Shown in pieces: positions 1 through 13,900 of a stretch of 64,000 bases of DNA. Below the pieces are notes generated by a model. The model had not been told where the DNA came from. It searched no databases and saw only the letters and a program-made list of their open reading frames with translations. Origin of the DNA: Phallusia mammillata (lineage: Eukaryota). The stretch's first letter is position 1. Each line of letters begins with the position of its first letter. The stretch covers positions 10,044,001 to 10,108,000 of the forward strand of contig OZ281500.1 of the NCBI GenBank assembly GCA_965637545.1. Reading direction: 5' to 3'. Made by a program: the position numbers and the translations under genes.

Positions 1-533
1 TTTCTTATTTCGTTTTTGTCTGTAATTTTGATTGATTATGATACAATACATGTTCTTTTCAAATAAACGTGATGCAACATCCAGTGGTGCATGAAACCTC
101 AAGACGTTTGTTCGTGTTTATGTGCGTTCAAGGCGCTGTGGGAATTGGCGCTAGTTGCAACAGGGTCGTTTGACAAATGTTTCAAATGACAAATATCTTT
201 TCTCTATTCTGCTTCGCTACACATTACGAGTGTAGTTTGGTTATTTTACGCTAAAGTGGGCTGCGGCTTTGTTTATCGAGTTGTTTGAGAAGATTTCGTT
301 CCCGCGGATAAAACAGCCAGGCATATTTAAAAAGGTCGAATAGCATTGTTAAAAAAGTGAGCAGTTTTATTAGCTGGTAGTTATTTTGTTTAATCGAGCG
401 AAATTTGTGTTAAGCCTATTTCCTTTTTTTCTAAAATGGCAATTTTTTTTTCTTAATTCAAACACATTTCTTCAGGAATATGGTAAATGTTCAGAGAAAC
501 TGTTTGTTGTGTTAAAATTTTAAAGTCAACAAC

Positions 534-615
534 CTTCCCGTTCTTCTTCCTCATGAAATACAACAGCCGCCGCTTTGGCGCGTCCTGTCTTTGCACATCC
601 GCAATTCTTCCCCAT
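534..615 (-). CDS. Possible first coding exon of a divergently transcribed gene running out of the window (MGKNCGCAKTGRAKAAAVVFHEEEERE...)
   Basis: ATG at 615(-), an MG-x-x-C-x-C N-terminus resembling a dual acylation signal, and a GT donor at 533. No downstream exon or homology was recognised. Confidence 0.25.
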
Positions 616-3600
616 TCTGTGCAGTTTGTCCCCACGGATACAACGCCTTATCGCGATTTGTGTGTGTTTTTTAACCCTCCATAGTGACCTCCGAGCGGCA
701 AACTCTAACACGAGGCGAACTACGAGGAGGAACAAACAAACATTTACGTGGGCTTTACAGCGACAATCAATCACGCTTTTGGGTCCGCCGAGCGACCGCT
801 GCGTGACAGTAAAACCTACGCGTCACTGTTTCTCCTTACGCAAGCAGTTTGTTAAAGCTCCACGCGGCGATACTCTTATCTTTGAGTATGGCATCGGTCG
901 TTAGTGGCGATCCTAAATCAACCCAGTGAACACGTGCCTCTCTTTTTATCCTGCTTTCCCGTGAAACATCGCGTGTCATCAACTAAACTCTCCCTGAGCG
1001 CCAAGTAGGCTACGTCACAGCAAAACTTGCGTTGCGCTTGAGATTAAGCCATATCAGGGTATTTTTCAGAAATTTGGAAAATAAGGCGAGGGCAACGTGT
1101 TGCTACATCAACGAGAGTAGCGAGAACGTCCAAAAACAGTGACTTATCATAATGATGTTGTGAGGTAGAATGGTTTTTCATGGGAAATATATTCCGTTAC
1201 GTTTGTTAATTTGTCAAATTTTACACGAAATTAGAAAGTTGTTGCGTTCCATTAAATTCTTCGTCGAGATTAATCACTTGCTTTGCCTAAAAATAGACAG
1301 TTTACCAGCCCACAGATCTTGATCTCATTTCCAAACAGGGCGGGGAAAGCGCCGCTTCCTTCAAAGCGCAATCAAAGTTCGATGAAAGGTCACGCGTTTG
1401 TTTGTCGAAATCACTTGACTCTTGGCATTATAGGCACCTAAACAGTATGTTCCTTTTGTTGTTGTGCTATTACTCATTCAGTAGTTTTCAAATTCATGCG
1501 CAGCTTCCTTGAATCAAGAAAAAAAAGCATGCTTACCACAAGTTGCTAATTGTAGGCTAAACTGGACCGGGTTGACGCTTGGTCTCACTCACAACATTGT
1601 ACTTCCTGTTTTTTTCTTGTTCCGCACTGCATGATTTAATTACTGACATCAAGCGTTTAAAAATTTCTCCAGCGGTTTCCCAAAATAGCAAATATGGCTA
1701 TTTTTTGGTATTTAAATGAAACACTTGCGGTCTCTTAAAACTACTTAGCGGTCACCCAAACCAAACCTTAAAAAAAACCTGTGTGTCAGTAACAGTCACA
1801 TGGTAAAAAATAATGCAGCTCTTCTTTAACAAACCATATGAACCCGTCATTGCACTTTTTCAGTAAATATTTGCTCTGGTTTAGAAATACTGGCTTAGGA
1901 TTGGCAAGACACCACCGCTTATTGGCCAACAGCAATCTTGTGTAGCAGAATAGCAACGAACATGCAAGCGTTGGTTTCAACAGTTGCGGATTGATGAGTT
2001 CAAAAGGTCTCTCTTTTCGAGTGCTTTGCGACTCTGAGACGAAAATGTTATTTGCTTAAGGCAGCCAACCCATTTGCGGGTTAGTCAGAAGCCCCAGTGA
2101 GAAACATTTTGCAAACTATAACAGTAAACGTAGACATGTTGGGCCAAGTCTGTGTGGTATGATCGTCTGTACATTTCTCTTGACGAATTCAAAGCGTAAA
2201 GTTGAAACCAAGTTTGATTCCATTTTTAGATGTGTATTTAAGTCCAATAAAAATACCTTTTAAAATAGTTTATAATCATAGTAAATGTCACTTTATGCCC
2301 CCATAAGGTGGCTGTTAACGTTCTCCGTTGTTGATCTAAAGGAAAACGAAAATTTAATGGCCTTTATAATCTACCCTTAAAATCACGTACGACAAAAAAA
2401 TGTGAGGCGGTTTTGAGAGGTGTTATCCTGGAACCAGCGATTAAATACACTTCATGGTTGATCGAAACGATCTCGTGTTTGCTGAGTGGTTTGCGTAAAT
2501 CTGCGTGTCACTACAAAGCACATGGACCGACAAACACAGCAAACACTTTTATGCGAGGAAATACATTTTGATGAGCAATTTACAGTTTAAAAAATGTCCC
2601 ACTTATAAAAAAAGAGTTGCACCAATAACTCAATAAGTTAAAAAGCAAAAACTACAATTTTACATTTACTGTCTAATCAAGTTTAATGTGCCGTGTGTAA
2701 CAAAAATCTATTATGCATATGGGTGTAAATAAGTCCAAAAAAGATAAATATAAATCCAGATATTGTGCAGTTCTTAATTGTGGTTTGAATGTATGTTCCT
2801 ACAGCAGGATATTGCCACATTTTCCAATTCGGTGGCGTGAGAACTGAAAAGCGAGAAAGTGGCGCACCCAACGCAACAAAGGCTCCAAGTTTGTGGACAA
2901 ACTTTCCCTATTCAAATGCGTGAAGTGGCGTAAGGGTGCAGCAGCAAATCAAATTTTCTTGCATTTACGATTGTAAGCTTTGGTTTGATGTATGCTTTCC
3001 ACCCTACTCCTGATTTGGTGTTCTATCTCAAGTGCCGTTCGGCTGTCAGAAATCAATGCGACAAAACCCATTTTCGTGCATTTATGTAATTAGGGATAAT
3101 GCACCTTGGGCTGTTCTCTTTCTTCTTCGTTTCGTCGAGGGAAACAATCCATAAATGTCTTAGACCAGCAAGCTGCGAGCTAAGGGCGAGGACAGCAACG
3201 GGGTTTTGGACAATTTGCACTGTACAGGGTCAGGCAAATAAGGTTACAAAAAGAAAGAAGTATTACAAAGACCAGAAGGATTTGCCCAGCTATATGAATA
3301 TCCAGTGTAAGCAGAGCAAATGTTATTAGGCTTTCCCGCCGTTTGACGTCCGTAGGGGTGTATTCGATTTCGACGGTTACAGCTTCCGTGACTTTTTAGC
3401 CACGTTGGTAAAGTTTTTAAAGCAGTCAACATATCGTGTAGAGTTAACTTTGTTTGCCGAAGGTAACCCTTGGAATTTAGCTGACCTTTTGTGGTTCCTT
3501 TGTCGACATGACGCCGATTGTTCAAAGACGTGACGTTTTGGAAAAATACTTCACATTGCGAGGGTATTTGAGCTTTTGTACAAAAGTTTCACCACCCCCC

Positions 3601-4947
3601 ATGTTTGTTGATTCACTTTATATTTGTGTTCGGTATAGGGCTTAGTTTGGGGAGTCTGACATACCATATAACGCAGTGCTTTGAACAATCCAGCGCAACG
3701 CGATAAGCTCAATTGCGAAAACTCGATCAAGTAACGAAACGTTTGACAAATGAGGTGGAGATTTTTCGAGGTTATTTTGGCCTAATCTTTTTCCAATCGG
3801 CGGTGTGAGCTTTTAGATTTAAACGGCTATTAACCGAGCATGAAGCGACCGCAAAGATTTTTTTGCTGTTGCTCGGTTGACCCAGGCGTAGAAAGGCATT
3901 CAGTAAAATGCGGGATACTACGATTTGCTCGCATTTGTTGAAACAACACGGGGGAGTGACCTCGGCGTGTGTTCTCGCTTTCGTTGAGGAGTGCGTTGTA
4001 GAATGTTGCGCTGTGCAGTTGATGGTTGCCTGTCTATCAATGTCAATCACTTTTGCGCCTTAGGTATTGATGTGGCGGCACCGTATGCCACACACAATCG
4101 GCTTACAAATCTTTGCTGCGGCAGTCGTCAATATGCGGAAACAAATGAGCAGCGAAATGCATGTGAGACTACGTTGTATAAACTTTGAACAATTTTCAAA
4201 GTAAGACTATTTGGATTAGCAACTATGGCATATCATGAAACTTCAAAACTAGACGCATTGATTTAGCTTTGTTACGAGCAGGGTTGGATTCAAAACTTAT
4301 TTTAGACAAAGACATAGCTTCAGTTTTGGTCGAGGTCTGTGATACATGGGTAGTGTTTTAGCATGGCAGGTTTTCTTATCGCATTGTTTGTACAGTAAGT
4401 TAAGAACGGCTCAATGCGCGAGGAAAGCCCAAATGCCCAAATGCCCAAATATAATAGCCCAAATGCGATCCATTGACACGCAAATGAGTTGCGTTAAGAT
4501 CGGAGCCACTCACTCTTTCTCTCCTTCTCATGTGTAATAGTATTTAGTTGCCACGGCCAGATACAAAGCCTGTTCCATTTCTGTGTGGATTTACAAGAAT
4601 CAAACCCGCATTTCATGTAAACAATCAATTGCTTGAGACTCGGATAACACACTATTACTTCCTTGGTGCCCGAGGGTCACACTGGTGCTCAAGCTATTAG
4701 CTGTAGGATTTAGGAAATGCCATTTGCTGTATATGCCATTTTGTCTCGTTTAAGCCGTTATTTAAATTTCTAATATAACGCTTTTTCCCCTTCTGATGCA
4801 AATCAGGTAAAACTGTATGTTCGAATAGGGCCAATGTATGTTCGAATAAAAACACGTTCTACAACCTGCGGCTACGACAAACTGAACGTTGTCTTTTATT
4901 GACTGTTGACCGCCAAAACAAGTTTTGCATAGTTGGAATTGCCTAAC

Positions 4948-7900
4948 ATGTGGAGTAACTCCCACGAGGCCGACCTGATCACTGGAAAATTACGACTCAA
5001 CAATAACCACGAACACTCAGCCTCTTGTGGGACATCTAGCGGCAAGTTTTCCTACGCCGTGCCGCCGAATCACGTCGACTCACAATCTTCCATGCGATTA
5101 GGAGTCGACGACACGGCCGGCCTTGATGAGGTTCTAGACAACGTAAATCGTTTATTGGCAAGCCTTAACGACGAGCTTGACGACGCTTGTAGCGACGACG
5201 AAAACAAGAGCGATGTGTCGTCATCGGGTGATGTGGACCCGAGCCACAGCGCCAGCCTTATCTCACAAGTAAGAGCAAAGACAACACCGTTAGTTGCCGC
5301 GCTTAATGAGGATGATGCAAAGGCAGGTGCAGACAAACAGGACTTTGAAAAACCTGGTGATAAGGGCCGCGTCCGGGAGAAAAAAGAGAATGAACCAATT
5401 GAGTTGCAGTCACGAAGCGATGAGTGCCCAAGTAACTTTTTATTGGAAAGAAAACTCAATTTCCATTCATCGCTACAGGAGAACGGCTTAAAAGACAGTA
5501 TTACCTCGAAACAATGGACCACAAAATTGCCCTATGTAAACTCGGTAGCTCATAAAAACGACAGCGGACGAGATATCGACATTTCAACAACAATCAGCGT
5601 TGAGGAAAAGCCAAGACTTTTACCAAAGGCAAAAAGTCAGGGGGCACTGTGTATCGGATCGTTAAACTTGGCAAAATCAGTCGCTTGCAACGATTTAAAA
5701 CGATTTGATCACTCGGTATCGGTAGACCGTAGCAGCCCAGTGATATCGAGACACCAGTCGTTTCAGGCGTACAAAAGCTCTCGCGGGAACTTGAATTGTC
5801 AGGAAAACGATTTTGCTGAGCAGAAGTCGGAAAGTGCATCACATCAAAATCACGAAGAGGACTTAAGTCCCTCGCCAAGAAGAAAAAGCAAGCAAAAAGC
5901 TTTAGACCGAATCGAATCTTGGTTCACGGCGCAACAGGACGCCACAAGTACCGAGGACGCTGAACCAGTGAAGCAGACGAAACGATTTTCCAGTCTCACT
6001 CATTCGGCGCCTTTTAAGTTTGCTCAACAACTCATACCAGGGTCAAGAGAGAAAAGAAAACTCACTGGCACTAAAAGTTTGCCAGTGACAAGAAAAAGTC
6101 TAAAACTGACAAGAAAACAACGACCTCCTATAACTGATCCGACCGAAGTTATTTTATCACATTCCCTCGATATTACAACACCTGAAAAGGAGACCAGCTC
6201 TACAAAAGAAGTTGGTTGTTTGTTAATCGACGACGAAGAAGGACAAGTGGGTCAAAAACCGCCCACCGGTATACCAGGAGACAGTGCTGCATCGGGCAAC
6301 TGGGTAAAGCAGAAGTTTTCGACGATCAACAAATCGTTCCTCCAGAATTTTCGCCGCAGCATTAGTTTAGAAGAAGCAAACCGAAAATCGATGCGTACCT
6401 CGGCCGATAAGCGATCACCGAACCAGAAGGGCAGTCATTGGGGCACGGAGATCCCGCCGCAAACACTAACGCGACACGGAACACCCGACACCGAACGGCA
6501 GCCGTTGGCAATGGATAATATGGGACCAAATCACGTGCGACGTTGCAACGACGAATCGATAATGTCAACGACGGGGCGGAACGGGATGGCTAACTACAAT
6601 GGAGGTAAGGTGTTGTTTTTGGTGGAAATTATAGGAGCTTGTGAGTACACGTGTTTTGGTAGCGGAGTTTTAGCTTAAAGGATTGTATAAAAGAGTCACA
6701 TAGCTCAAATAACGTTTAAAGTGATCGGGGTAAATATTCTACCTGCCTTTTTATCAGAGTTGTATTATTCGGGCGGGGCTTTTTAGGCCGGGTTCGGTTT
6801 AGACAGAGTTCGGGCTTAAATTTGCATACAACATACCTGATTCGGGCCTGACTTCACACTTCATCTATGGCCACATCTGTGTTGTAATTTTGCCTTGGTA
6901 AACCAAACTTTTGGAAAATATCGGGCCGAGTTCGTGCCGCAATTTCGGGCAAGCTTTTAACTCCGCTTTACACTACAGGCTGTAGAAATGAATCGTTAAC
7001 TAGAACGAGGAACAATTAAAATTTTGACAGATATTTTCAGGTGAATTGTAACGTTATACAGGAACAGGTTACGTCATAAATAAATATTTACTTCAAATGA
7101 AACTAATCTGTAGTCTACGATGTTGAATTCTGGAAACGGTTGATTAAAAAAGTTGTTTTGTTTGCAGATCAGCGTTATTCGCCTTTGTTTTTCCTTTTTG
7201 ATTTGGAAAGCACACAACTTCCGTCACGTCGCGCTACTATGGACTCAACCAAAATACCGAAACAGTTGACTAAACGTAAGAACACAAGCTTCTGCCACAA
7301 TGTGAACGTCAATCTACCATTCAAGGAACCATTTTCCAACACGGACTCTTCACCACTTTCCCGGGATGGTTCGTACGGGACCACGCTGAAACATTCCCAC
7401 CTCAGTTTTCCCAACACTATGTGGGATTCTGGTGCAAGTTCAGAGGAAAGTATAGGAAGCGAGACGAAAGTAAAACGTCACCACAGCGATAGATACCTGA
7501 AGAAACAAGCAGCATTTGACAACTTTGACGACACTGCCAGGAATCCTGCACTCAAAAAAGGCCCAATCGACAAGTAAGCGCTTTACCTACATATAAAAGA
7601 AATTAATGTGTGGTTATTTGCACGTATTTTATCGTGTTTACGTCATAGTTGATAAATCAAATTACGTAAACTGGTATGCACATTGCGTCGTCATTCACCG
7701 GTGCATGGAAATCAATACCGGGCCATAATATGGTGGAAGGTACGCGTTCAATAGTTGATTAAAAACAGAGCGTGAAATATTAATGATGTAGATCCCCTAA
7801 TCCTTGGAAAATCAATTTTGGGCAAGGTGGACTATTGGTCTTGTTATTGACTGATAACAACGCTACGTAAACAAATTTGTTGTTATGGGCGGTAAAAATA

Positions 7901-10900
7901 AAAATTTTGCGAAGACTGGCCAACCATTGCCCCGTACACATTTCGAAGCGACCATTTCAATAGCAAATCAAAACGTAGGGCGAACTCACATAAAAAGTGC
8001 AGTCAGTCGTAAAACTGATTACTTAGTGTGTGGAAAAGCCGTGACGTTGCTCTGTAGGAAGAGAGAACTCCTGGAAATTTAGCAGCAAATACAGTTCAGA
8101 TACAAGCCTCGTCTTACCGCAAATGAGAAACACCATAACACAAAAGCAAAACAACAAATTGATGTTAAGCTCGTAGATGGAAAACGCACTCAAGCGCGAA
8201 CCAGGCAAAGCAAATATACCTACCACGAAGAGTTACCGATCGCACATATCTATAGTATTTGAGTAGTTAAGGGTTTTGATAAACCATTCCCGCAAGAAAC
8301 CCCACAACATGCAACTGCCGCTCAAAGAATTGTTGTAAACTAAGTACTGTCTTTTAATATGCTACGTATAAGACGCTTTATGGATTTTTAAGAAATCGCT
8401 GATACCTTAACATCTCGGTAAACTTGTGAAGTCACGGGTTTATTGTGCATCTGAGTTTAATTAATACATATTCCTTTTTTGCTTAGCAATTCGCGTAAAC
8501 CGACATAAAATCTATCATTGTTGTAGTGCGAAACAGCAATTACGTTGACCCAACTGTTTTGAGTCAGGTATACCTGAGCAGAGTTGAACGGCAGTTTTTC
8601 ACCATTTCCAAGTTTGTATGGCAGTGTTGATGCAACGCAACTCGCGCAACCTGCAGTCATTGTTTGTTCGTCCGATGAGCGGAAAAGCTTTGTGCCACAA
8701 TGCATCGGCAACTGTGGCTTCACAAAAGCAAACTGCTCGTGTTCGAAGTCTCATCCCACGCGAAAAAGAATGTAGCCGTTTAGCGTGCAACTGACACCTA
8801 ATGAAGTGGTTCAGCTTCATTCTCGAATACTTTACTATAGGGCGTGCATATGGATCGACCAGGCGTTGTTTGATGATTAAGTTGCCTCGAACGAACGTTT
8901 TATCTCCGTTCTCAAGTGTTTGTCATTGAAGGCGCAGCATATCGCGCGTAGATGTAGTGCAGACAAAAAAAGATTCTTGGAAAGTCATGATTGTACAGTG
9001 CCTTGGAGCATACAAGACTGCAACTGTAGCCAAATGTGAAATGTGCGTTTTTCGTGGCATTAGTGGCGATTAACATTTGCATCAGGTGTAATGATATGCT
9101 GTGCGCTGAACGACGAGGTCTGCACAATTAGCCAGATTGCAGTATAAGTGTGGCCTACGACAAAAGACAGGCTAATTTGTCTCAAATTTACTAAGTTCTT
9201 GTTATGGTTCATAAACCATACAAGTTGTACTGCATAGATGAGAATACTGTTGGCAACGATATGGTATATTCTACGCAGTACTTCTACAGCAATAAAAGTC
9301 CAACTTGAAAAAAAAACAGGCTTAGATAAGGATGTTATGTTAAACTGTGTAAGGCTGATTGAGCATTACGAAAAGTCCTTATGTCGTGAAAGGAATTTAT
9401 CGCCGCGTTGCCAAGTGCCATAAACCCTTCACCCGTCATCAACAGGATGGGGGTCAGCAAGTTATCTTCTGACGATCCGACCGTTTCTGAATGTTGGTCT
9501 GTACAAATTCGCTTCAGCATCAGGTATGCGAACAAGTTACGAAATTTCAATATTTTTCCAAGATTCACACCAACAGTTTTTCAGAGACTGCTATGTCAGA
9601 CACGTTACATATATTTTAGTTGAAAAAGTGATTTAACGTAATAGAGATATGCATTTATCAATAAACTGCGACCTTAAATACCAATTCAGCACTAATCGTT
9701 TGCACCATACTGAAAATGCAATTGTCACTAAACGTACCATTTGCACTAAATAAATTTATCTTAACATGCTTATAAAACTGCGATCTGATTAACTTTGCGA
9801 CTTTCATGAAGCAATATAGGCCACCGAATCACTAGTTTCCCAGCAACTCAACAAACAAGTACACCAACGTCTTAAAACTAAGTTCAGTACCAAGCAATCA
9901 GTTCAACAGTCGATAAACGAGATCAATGGTTAACCATATTTCAAAATATTAGAAGTCATCTGCACCTCCGCTAGTAAAACTAATAAAACACTTGCGTGAC
10001 CTGGGTAGTTCCTTTGGCAGAAGGTTAGCTGTCACGCAACCCCGAACGTTTTCGTGCAGTTCGTGGTCACAGAGTCCGCTATTAAGCTCATACAATAATA
10101 ACCGGTTATACGTTGCCAGCAACACGACCGATTGCTCATCAATGTTGCCAAGCAGCCATTCGTGTGACAGACTTTCCGTGTTGTCTCATACTTGATTGTT
10201 AGGCGTTCAGCAAATGTGGAGCAAGGTTTGCGAAATCAGGGGCGCCACACCTGCAGTAAGTGTGAGTGATTAACTTAATTTGGAAAATAAACAACAGCTC
10301 GCCGAACTCTGGCGGACTGGAAAGTTCAAACGGGGTCGTAGAATGTTTGAAGCCCAGCTCTTGTGTGACTAGTGATAGCAAATCTGATTTTTGGATTGGA
10401 AGTGTTGCCACTTTCATAGAAATACAACAGCGCAAAATGCAAGCATATCCGCGTGTACTCGACAACTTTGTTTTGTAAAGCATGAGTTGCCTAATGTAGT
10501 GTTAAATGAGCCCTAAGATTCTGAATTAGGTTACGTATAGGCTACTGTACTGCATGTAGGCGACCTAAAAGGCGAAACTATTATAAGGAGAAAAAGTGAA
10601 AAAAAGTTTAGTTTTATAAAAATGAAAACATCTCTTTCACAGAATACGCAAGTCACTTAAGCACGTGGGAAAGACTTCATCATCGCCAATCCCAGGATCA
10701 GATGAAATGGCTGAACGAACTTGGGGACCCAATGTAAGTATTTTACATTTTTTTGCTTTAATCTGTAATCAAAAACACGGTTTCCAGTCGTCATGTCCTT
10801 GTGTCACGATCGACCGGGTTTGTCAGGTTTCGCGCCTAATTAGCGCTGCTTACGCAAACTGTTGACGTGGCTGTGCTTTTTTTAAACTGACAACCATTCA

Positions 10901-13900
10901 AAAAACATTTGATTTACATTATTTAAGACCAGCATTATATAACCCATTAGTTTAACTGAAAATCTAACTTTTTTCTATACTTAGATATTATTGTGTCGAA
11001 AAAAGTGTTTGTCCAGTTTGAAACAGCAGAGGGACGATTTAACTATTTGGATGAAAGTTTTCTTATTTGTCTTGCTTGACAAGCGTTTGGTAAACTTGTG
11101 CATTATTTAAGTAACGCAATCCACAAGGGGACGCGCTAGAGTAGTTTTTCTTTGCTTACGTGAACCTAACACAACCTCACGGTTATGTTGTATTCTGATA
11201 GCCTATGCTGCTATTAATAAACTAAATGGAAAAATTGAGGGGTCAGTGATGGTGAAGACCAACAATTCTCATAATAACACACAACAGATCACAACAGCGT
11301 GAGACAGACAGGTCATTTGCAACGCATCATTAGCCCTGCAGCGCTTTGCTCGTTATAGCGGACCTACCTGTTGGTACTTATACCTGGCCGTTGAGTTGTT
11401 TATGTCCCAAACTTTTGAAAAACAATTCCCGGAACGCATCGAACATATGAAAGTGAAGTTGTCTTCGCTTATCATATCACCTTAGAGATTTGGAACAGTG
11501 TTCACAAATATCCCGAGTGGTGTGACATTTACACATTTTGGGAGCTGACGCAGTTAATTCAACGAGCCTCTTTACTTGTCGGATCAACGTCTTTTAAAGC
11601 GCAAACTTAAACACGATTAGTAAATTCCGCCCGCTGTGTAAACCTAGAACTGCACAAACAAATTGGAAGTTGGCAAAACAATTTGTGTGTGCTGTGCAGT
11701 AATCCAAGATTTGGTTCTTGTTTTGGTGATCTCCAGTCTTAATACGGCAATAATGATATTGCGTTGACCTTTTGCACACAATACACAGTTTAGGCCCCAG
11801 ACAATGGTTTATTAGATTTTAACAACCTCTAATTGTAACCAGAAAAAGCCGTCCATCCTGTTGAAAGTAGTCCGTTGCCATGACTTGGTGGTGATTGTTT
11901 ATCAGGGAACATGAAGTGAACGTGCGGGTGACACGAGTTGTGTGGTTGATACAGTGAGAATTTATGAATGATTGCAATGCAACGAGAACGTGCGACTTTG
12001 TCCAATGCAACCTGAACGCATTTGTCCAACATCAAGCATGAACTTTTTGGGCTGCGGAGAGCCAGAAGTATAATTGTGTCGCAAAAGCTGCTGCTCAAAG
12101 AATTGCTTCCGTTTTGGGGCTCGTTGTACTTTCCGCGTAGGTTTTGCGGTCCGTTGCAAACTTCCTCAGAATGGCGGTTTCCTTTCTCGTGTTCAAGCGC
12201 AATGCAGTTATCGCAGTGAGATCCCCTCTGCGCGTAAGCTGGTCTCAACGGCGGCATAGCAAAGCTTCTGGCAAGTGATTTATGCTGATTGACTCGTTGC
12301 TTTATCCCTCGCTGCTTTATGCAAACGATGTGCTTCGGGCTAGGACCGCAGGTGAAGGTTATGTTGCCTTTAAAACCGGGTTGTAAAATTTTGTTTCTTT
12401 CTTACGTGTAGAAGTGTTACCTATAGAAAAGTTGCTGACTTGCTTTCGATACCGAACTTAGATATCAACTAAACCTTTTGAATATGATGTAAGACAGAAA
12501 ATTAACACTATGGTTCAGTTTGTTACATCAGGTTGAGTAAATAGGAAAGCTCAGGAGCAAAACAGTTTGATGCTTTGTTTCTTACTTTGAATATAGCGTA
12601 TTAAGTGCAGGATGGGTTTGGCGAGACAAAAACCTGTGCTTTGACTGTAAACCTGATAGTTACTTGGAGATGTCTGAAAACAAACCAGATGTGGTACTAC
12701 CCAAGCAACACAGCGGGTTTCGATATTGGCTGAGGAATCGTATTCACCACCATCACCAACATCAGCAACTTGATCCGGTTCATCTTCCATCAGTTACCAA
12801 CCGAAGCGAATCATTCTGCCTTGGTTTGCCCTCAGCTATGAAAAGCGACCCCTTTCCAGTCGCAGCAACTTTGTCTCTTCCCCGAAACCTTAGTGACCCT
12901 GGAATACCAGATAAAAACAAAAAGATGCATTCGCCGTTTAGGAAGATGTTCTCGCTGTTCGTGAGTAAGCATAATCGGAGGCAGAACGAAAATCGTTTCT
13001 ACGCAAGCTCAAATTCGGTGGTAAGCGATAACCACACACCTTCTTTGTGTAGTCTGGAAAATATCTCCACCGCACCGGATAACCAGACCCTGGCAGTGGG
13101 TTGCGAGCAATTACTCGGTATTAAGTTAGAGCCGCCTGTCGAATTCCGCGATAAAGAGGCTGATGAAGACCTGGAATCCAAAAGCCTAAACGAAAGTTGC
13201 CAAAGCACCAAAACAGCTGCTGTTGAAAAACCAAGCAATATTCGCAACGATGAAGACACATTTGGCGACGACGAAACAATTGTACGAAAGCGGACTTCAA
13301 GTAACAATTTTCAAGTTCGCTACCCTTCAAACAGTATCCGGCGAAGATCTAGACGGCGCTCAGCGCGACAACGAACTTACAGTACCTCTTCGTATCAAAA
13401 TAGACGAAGAAACAGGTCCACGACAATGTTAAATGCTCAGCAATCTCCCGCACACAGCGTGGGAGATCGACTTGAAGGGAATATCTACTCAAATTCAGGT
13501 TCATCTACGCCTTCCTCAACGCGTGTAAGACAGAGTCATAACAGACACACCTCGACCTATCGCAGAGCAAAAAATGCCAATATGAAAACTACTGCAAGCG
13601 GGCTTTCTTTACAAGAAACAAACAAAACTGGGAGCGAGCCAACAAAGAGACGAATCAAATTAACTCGTTCTACTCCTGTAAACTCGGTCATGCCTGTTAC
13701 CCGATTTCGCGATTCGTCTGTTGACTTGGGAAACACGGCAAAGTCAGTCACTGATTCTTCAGCGCTACGGTTTAGCAGTCTGCGCCAGTCTGGCATTCGG
13801 CGTCACCGCGTGAGGGCGCTGCGGTCAGCACCGAAAAATGAATCCGGATTTCGATCGCCTGTCCAGAGTCGCAAGAACGCGAACTTACCTAAAAACAAAT

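Noticed and set aside
5070-5878. Antisense ORFs over long exons (also 12999-13796, 25462-25713, 43093-43803)
   Set aside because: These are shadows of coding sequence on the opposite strand, with no recognisable domains.
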